Part shown: positions 27,763-32,000 of the stretch, piece by piece
Layout of the letters: each line of letters starts with the position of its first letter
Numbering within the stretch: position 1 is the stretch's first letter
From: Pseudothioglobus sp. nBUS_23
GTDB taxonomy: Bacteria > Pseudomonadota > Gammaproteobacteria > PS1 > Pseudothioglobaceae
Direction of reading: 5' to 3'
Length of the DNA: 32,000 nucleotides
NCBI RefSeq assembly: GCF_051201565.1
Contig: NZ_CP179200.1
Span: 810,001-842,000 of the forward strand
Position numbers and translations under genes: made by a program
The notes under the pieces: model-generated
What the model saw: the letters and a program-made list of their open reading frames with translations, nothing else
What the model was told of the DNA's origin: nothing
Databases searched by the model: none

Positions 27763-28842
27763 TTATTCGATAGTAATCTTTGGAAATGCCCCAACGGACT
27801 CGTTCTTGAGTGAAAGAGTTCCAGCAACGCGCCTGGCTATCTCTTGATACATCGCAGAAACCTGACTCTCAGGGTCCTTGGCAACACTAGGGGTGCCCTC
27901 ATCAACATCTGTCCTGATGTCTAATTGAAGTGGAAGTGCGCCCAAAAAGTTAGTCTCAGAATTGCTAGCCATCTGTTTACCGCCGCCATGACCAAAAATC
28001 TCTTCAGCGTGGTTACATTTTGAACAGATATGAATCGACATATTCTCAACGATACCAAGGATTGGAATGTTAACTTTTTCAAACATCGCAAGACCTTTCT
28101 GCGCATCAATAAGCGCAATATCTTGAGGCGTTGTAACAATGACCGCTCCGCTCACCGGAATCTTTTGAGAGAGAGTCAATTGAGTGTCACCAGTTCCAGG
28201 CGGCATGTCTATGATCATGTAGTCGACATCGTCCCACTCTGTGTTCTTTAGAAGCTGCTCAAGAGCCTGTGTGACCATTGGACCGCGCCACACCATGGGA
28301 GAGGCTTCATCAACCAAAAAACCGATCGACATGGACTGCAGGCCATGAGCCATAACAGGCTTCATATTGCCGCCTTCAGACTCTTGGGGCCTAAGATCTT
28401 TAGCGCCCAACATGCGCGGCTGAGAGGGGCCATAAATGTCCGCATCCAGTATTGCAACATTAGCGCCTTCAGACTGCAAAGCAAGAGCCAAATTGACAGC
28501 AGTCGTTGACTTACCTACGCCTCCTTTTCCTGAGGCAACAGCGATAATATTTTTAACCCCCGGTAGTGCCTCAACGCCTTGCGTTTCGTAAGAAGGGATC
28601 TTTGAATTAATTGAAATATTCGAATAGTTGACTCCTTCCTTAGAGAGCGTTTCTTCGACGATTCCTTTAAGATCCTCATGGAAGTTCGCTGCAGGGTATT
28701 TGAGCAGCAGTTCAACATTCACAATCTCATCATCAATCGAGATTTTCTTTACATTCTCAGATGAGACAAGGTCTTTGCCTGTGTTTTCATCGATGATGCC
28801 GCTTAGAATCGTTTGAATTTTATCTTCGGTTATAGTTGACAA
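27763..28842 (-). CDS. apbC: Fe-S cluster carrier ATPase ApbC/Mrp
   Basis: 359 aa. N-terminal DUF59-like domain, deviant Walker A SGKGGVGKST, and CSKCNH CxxC. TTG start. Divergent from metG, as in E. coli. Confidence 0.92.
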   Translation of the reverse strand: MSTITEDKIQTILSGIIDENTGKDLVSSENVKKISIDDEIVNVELLLKYPAANFHEDLKGIVEETLSKEGVNYSNISINSKIPSYETQGVEALPGVKNIIAVASGKGGVGKSTTAVNLALALQSEGANVAILDADIYGPSQPRMLGAKDLRPQESEGGNMKPVMAHGLQSMSIGFLVDEASPMVWRGPMVTQALEQLLKNTEWDDVDYMIIDMPPGTGDTQLTLSQKIPVSGAVIVTTPQDIALIDAQKGLAMFEKVNIPILGIVENMSIHICSKCNHAEEIFGHGGGKQMASNSETNFLGALPLQLDIRTDVDEGTPSVAKDPESQVSAMYQEIARRVAGTLSLKNESVGAFPKITIE

Positions 28843-28932
28843 TTTGTTGACCTCGGTCGGTAAAATAGCGATATTTTATCGTACAACTATCCCACAAATC
28901 CTTATTTATATTAGGATTATTGAAGACTATTT

Positions 28933-30573
28933 ATGACTAAACGTAGAATTCTAGTTACCTCAGCACTCCCTTATGCAAATGGCGATCTTCATTTGGGTTA
29001 TATGCTCGAAGTTATTCAGACTGATATCTGGGTTCGGTTTCAAAATATGCAGGGTAATGAGTGCTACTACGTGTGCGCTGATGATACTCACGGAACCCCA
29101 ATCATGCTTAAGGCTGCTGAAATGGGCATTACGCCTGAAGAGCTCATTGCTTCAGTCAGCGAGCGTCACCAGGCTGATTTGAGTGATTTTCACATTAACT
29201 TTAGTCAGTACCATTCAACGCACTCTGATGAGAATCGATATTTTTCAGAATTAATCTATAATCGCTTGAATGATGCGGGCTACATTAAGAAGAGGGTAAT
29301 CTCGCAATCTTTTGATCCTGAAAAGGAGATGTTCCTCCCGGATCGATATATTAAGGGTGATTGTCCTAAGTGCGGCGCAGAAGATCAGTATGGCGATAAC
29401 TGCGAAGTGTGCGGCGCAACCTATTCAACGACTGAAATCAAAAATCCTAGATCGGTCATTTCTGGCGCGGTTCCGATAGAGAAGGATTCAGAGCACTACT
29501 TCTTTGATTTACCACAATTTGAAAAAGAACTCAAAGATTGGACTAAGGCAGGCCATCTTCAGGAACAGGTCAGCAACAAACTGGCTGAATGGTTCGATCA
29601 GGGCTTAGAGCAGTGGGATATTTCAAGAGACAAGCCTTACTTTGGCTTCAAGATACCTGGAACTGAGGACAAGTACTTTTATGTATGGCTAGACGCCCCA
29701 ATAGGCTATATGGCAAGTTTCAAGAAGCTCTGCGATAACTCTGACCTTGAGTTTGATGACTTCTTTGAGAAGGGCTCTGATACTGAGCTCTATCACTTCA
29801 TTGGTAAGGATATTGTCTACTTCCATGCTCTATTCTGGCCGGCTACATTGATTGGATCTAACTTTAGAACACCAAACGCTGTCTTTGCGCACGGATTCTT
29901 GTCGGTGAATGGGCAAAAAATGAGTAAGTCGCGTGGCACCTTTGTTCTTGCTAGAACCTATCTAGAATCTCTCAATCCTGAGTATCTTCGTTATTACTAT
30001 GCCTACAAGCTTTCATCAAAGATCGATGACATTGATCTGAATCTGGAAGACTTCAAGCAGCGCGTCAACTCGGACCTTGTTGGTAAGGTAGTTAATATTG
30101 CCTCAAGGAGTGCATCATTTGTGGTTAAGAAGTTTGACAAAGAGCTCTCTAAAGTTTGCTGTGAGCAAGAGCTCTATGATGAGTTTGTAGCTGCTAGCAG
30201 CGAGATAGTAGGTCACTACGAAGATAGAAACTTTGGTCAGGCCATGCGCTCGATTATGAAGCTTGCGGATAAAGCAAACCAGTACATTGATGACAAGAAG
30301 CCTTGGCAGCTCGCGAAAGAAGAAGGCAAGATGCAAGAGGTTCACGAGATTACCTCACTAGCAATTAACCTTTTCAGAGTGTTAATGACTTATCTAAAGC
30401 CTGTACTCCCTGAGATGGCAGAGAAATCAGAAGTATTCCTAAATGTTGACTCTCTGAACTGGGATGACATGAAGAGTCCTCTTTTAGGGCACCAAATTAA
30501 TAAATTTAAGCCGCTTATGACGCGCATAGAGGATGAACAGATAGAAGCAATGATAGAGTCCTCGAAAGGTTAA
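28933..30573 (+). CDS. metG: Methionine--tRNA ligase (short form, no C-terminal Trbp111-like domain)
   Basis: 546 aa. [11 protein letters not shown] (HIGH), KMSKS, and Zn knuckles [18 protein letters not shown]. Confidence 0.95.
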   Translation: MTKRRILVTSALPYANGDLHLGYMLEVIQTDIWVRFQNMQGNECYYVCADDTHGTPIMLKAAEMGITPEELIASVSERHQADLSDFHINFSQYHSTHSDENRYFSELIYNRLNDAGYIKKRVISQSFDPEKEMFLPDRYIKGDCPKCGAEDQYGDNCEVCGATYSTTEIKNPRSVISGAVPIEKDSEHYFFDLPQFEKELKDWTKAGHLQEQVSNKLAEWFDQGLEQWDISRDKPYFGFKIPGTEDKYFYVWLDAPIGYMASFKKLCDNSDLEFDDFFEKGSDTELYHFIGKDIVYFHALFWPATLIGSNFRTPNAVFAHGFLSVNGQKMSKSRGTFVLARTYLESLNPEYLRYYYAYKLSSKIDDIDLNLEDFKQRVNSDLVGKVVNIASRSASFVVKKFDKELSKVCCEQELYDEFVAASSEIVGHYEDRNFGQAMRSIMKLADKANQYIDDKKPWQLAKEEGKMQEVHEITSLAINLFRVLMTYLKPVLPEMAEKSEVFLNVDSLNWDDMKSPLLGHQINKFKPLMTRIEDEQIEAMIESSKG

Positions 30574-30586
30574 AATCAAAAGTTTA

Positions 30587-30674
30587 GGAGGGATGGCAGA
30601 GTGGTCGATCGCGCACGCTTGGAAAGCGTGTAAACCTCACGGTTTCATGGGTTCGAATCCCATTCCCTCCACCA
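30587..30674 (+). tRNA. tRNA-Ser (anticodon GGA), CCA encoded
   Basis: Hand-folded. Acceptor GGAGGGA/TCCCTCC. Anticodon stem CACGC/GCGTG with loop TTGGAAA. Long variable arm AAACC-TCAC-GGTTT (class II). T arm ATGGG-TTCGAAT-CCCAT. 3' ACCA. There is one A:C mismatch in the D stem. Confidence 0.9.
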
Positions 30675-30680
30675 CACTTT

Positions 30681-30775
30681 GATTTTCATAAAGAATCATA
30701 ACGTATCATAATTAGCATTTAAAGCCCTTTAAATAAGGGGTTTTATAATTTTTAGATTTTCATAACATCTCATAA
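30681..30775 (+). repeat. Five TCATAA motifs in two helically phased groups, including an exact 11-nt duplicate GATTTTCATAA; candidate integrase arm-type or accessory-factor sites
   Basis: TCATAA occurs at 30686, 30696 and 30706, then at 30760 and 30770 (10-bp spacing within each group). GATTTTCATAA occurs at 30681-30691 and 30755-30765. Confidence 0.5.
30721..30752 (+). terminator. Hairpin plus T-tract downstream of tRNA-Ser
   Basis: AAAGCCCTTT-AAAT-AAGGGGTTTT (with G:U pairs) followed by ATAATTTTT. Confidence 0.5.
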
Positions 30776-30781
30776 ATATTT

Positions 30782-30820
30782 TTGACATCTTGTACTAAAG
30801 TGAGTAGACTTGTGAGTAGA
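30782..30820 (+). promoter_or_regulatory. Putative int promoter (TTGACA-17-TAGACT) overlapped by a tandem GTGAGTAGA repeat (putative operator)
   Basis: The -35 is at 30782-30787 and the -10 at 30805-30810. GTGAGTAGA occurs at 30800-30808 and 30812-30820, a 12-bp period. Confidence 0.4.
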
Positions 30821-30858
30821 TTTGAAACACTCAAAAAAATACAAGGCTTCATCACACG

Positions 30859-32000
30859 GTGCTTACAGACACAAAAATACGAAATCTTAAGCGAAAAAAG
30901 AAACTTTATCGAGTTGCTGATTCTCAAGGGCTTACTTTAGAAATTAATCCGAATGGATCAAAATTATGGAGACATCGCTATCGATTTAATAATCGAGCGA
31001 CGATGATGTCACTTGGACCTTATCCATTGGTCTCTCTTTTGGAGGCTCGTCAGGCTCGAAATAAGAACAAACAACTCCTCTTTAAGGGAATAAATCCAAA
31101 ACAAATTAAGGAGGAGCTTAATCCTCGAATTAGAGCTACCTTTGAAGATATGTTTCATAAGTGGATCAATAAAAATAAGAATCAGTGGAGCATAGGGTAT
31201 GTTGAAGACACCATACAACGATCAAACAACTACTTACTGCCTAAACTTGGTAATTTGCCTATCGAAGACATTAAGTCATCAGAAATAAGAAATTTACTGC
31301 TTAAGATTCAGGAGACAGGAAAGCTTGATATGCTCAAGAAGGTAAGAAGTATCTTGAATGGTATCTTTAAGTATTCAGTGGGTATGGATATTATCAAGAT
31401 TAATCCAGTAAGAGACTTGCCCAATGACATCTTTGAAAAGAAACTTGAAAAACACTATGCAACAATTACTGATCCTAAAGAGATTCCATGGCTTCTTGAT
31501 AAGTTAGAGCAGCATGAGGGGACTTATGAGGTAAGAGCAGCACTAGTTATTGCCCCCCATGTCTTTTTAAGACCAACAGAACTAACAGGCATGTTATGGA
31601 GCGAGATTGATTTTGATGATCATCTCATAAGAATTAACAAGGAACGAATGAAAACTAAAAAACCTCATCTGGTTCCTATGAGTCTTCAGGTGCTTAAGGC
31701 CCTTCAAAATTTAAGGAATGTAAATTTAGATAGTGACTATGTATTTCCAACAGATAGAAATAAAAATAAACCAATTACTCCTGACTCACTCAGACTGGCC
31801 TTAAGAAGGGTAGGTGTAGGTAAAGAGAAGATGACCCCTCATGGCTTTAGATCTATGGCTAGTACTAGGCTTAATGAACTAGGCTATAAAGATGACTTAA
31901 TAGAAATTCAGCTTTCACATCTACCAGCAAATAAAGTCAGAGCGGCATACAACCATGCTGAGTATTTAAATGAGCGAAGATTAATGATGCAAGAATGGTC
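30859..32000 (+). CDS. int: P4/CP4-57-type tyrosine recombinase (phage/island integrase), 3' end outside the window
   Basis: Absent from the ORF track because no stop occurs before the window end. I translated it by hand. GTG start, then MLTDTKIRNLK...LYRVADSQGLTLEINPNGSKLWRHRYRF (DUF4102 arm-binding domain). Catalytic LRPTEL (Arg), HGFRSMAST (HxxR), and SH...VRAAYNHAEY (Tyr). An in-frame stop lies upstream at 30823. Confidence 0.92.
   Translation, partial: MLTDTKIRNLKRKKKLYRVADSQGLTLEINPNGSKLWRHRYRFNNRATMMSLGPYPLVSLLEARQARNKNKQLLFKGINPKQIKEELNPRIRATFEDMFHKWINKNKNQWSIGYVEDTIQRSNNYLLPKLGNLPIEDIKSSEIRNLLLKIQETGKLDMLKKVRSILNGIFKYSVGMDIIKINPVRDLPNDIFEKKLEKHYATITDPKEIPWLLDKLEQHEGTYEVRAALVIAPHVFLRPTELTGMLWSEIDFDDHLIRINKERMKTKKPHLVPMSLQVLKALQNLRNVNLDSDYVFPTDRNKNKPITPDSLRLALRRVGVGKEKMTPHGFRSMASTRLNELGYKDDLIEIQLSHLPANKVRAAYNHAEYLNERRLMMQEW

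Larger units (their letters stand above)
30675..32000 (+). mobile_element. Left end of an integrated genomic island or prophage-like element at tRNA-Ser(GGA); it continues beyond the window
   Basis: The layout of tRNA 3' end, a repeat-rich arm and a P4-type integrase in the same orientation is the canonical arrangement of tRNA-targeted islands. Confidence 0.7.

Noticed and set aside
27517-28816. Small ORFs on both strands inside fdx and apbC (27517-27705, 27921-28139, 28030-28251, 28515-28718, 28628-28816)
   Set aside because: All are alternate-frame or antisense overlaps of strongly conserved genes.
28895-28920. A 6-bp inverted repeat AATCCT-N10-AGGATT upstream of metG as a possible operator
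   Set aside because: The arms are short, the spacer is AT-rich, and no regulator is known to act there. It is indistinguishable from chance without conservation data.
31009-31218. A 69-aa minus-strand ORF
   Set aside because: It is antisense to the integrase coding sequence, which has clear homology in the plus frame.
1-32000. A search for CRISPR arrays, IS elements or transposase genes, rRNA genes, toxin-antitoxin pairs, and known defence-gene signatures
   Set aside because: I saw no regularly spaced long direct repeats, terminal inverted repeats, transposase-like ORFs or nuclease/ATPase defence-like ORFs. Every ORF of at least 100 aa that I accepted has a housekeeping assignment, apart from the integrase at the 3' edge.

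Overview
This is a gene-dense, low-GC chromosomal segment that looks gammaproteobacterial (taxon is an inference). About 95% of it is recognisable core metabolism. In order: a partial TctA transporter and an NTF2-like protein. Then a same-strand glucose module: GtsABCD-like sugar ABC transporter, aldo-keto reductase, gnd, zwf, pgl, a small cupin, and glk. Then divergent CbiX(S)-like chelatase and hemH, a YfcH-like gene, slyD, and a Zn-ribbon methyltransferase. Next come an M48 peptidase with rsgA, then ilvE, a zf-CHCC miniprotein, aroK, a TolC-like OMP and an LpxL-like acyltransferase. Then cysE and a complete ISC operon (iscR-iscS-iscU-iscA-hscB-hscA-fdx), divergent apbC and metG, and tRNA-Ser(GGA). 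I found no CRISPR array, IS element or rRNA gene, and no self-contained novel multi-gene system inside the window. The only clear accessory signal is at the 3' edge, where a P4-type tyrosine integrase missing from the ORF track sits 184 nt downstream of tRNA-Ser. It is preceded by helically phased repeats, which marks the left end of an integrated island whose cargo lies beyond 32000. Secondary leads are shared TGNAACA heptamer arrays upstream of the transporter and gnd operons, a minimal cupin inside the pentose-phosphate cluster, a start codon buried in a hairpin, and a possibly leaderless cysE.
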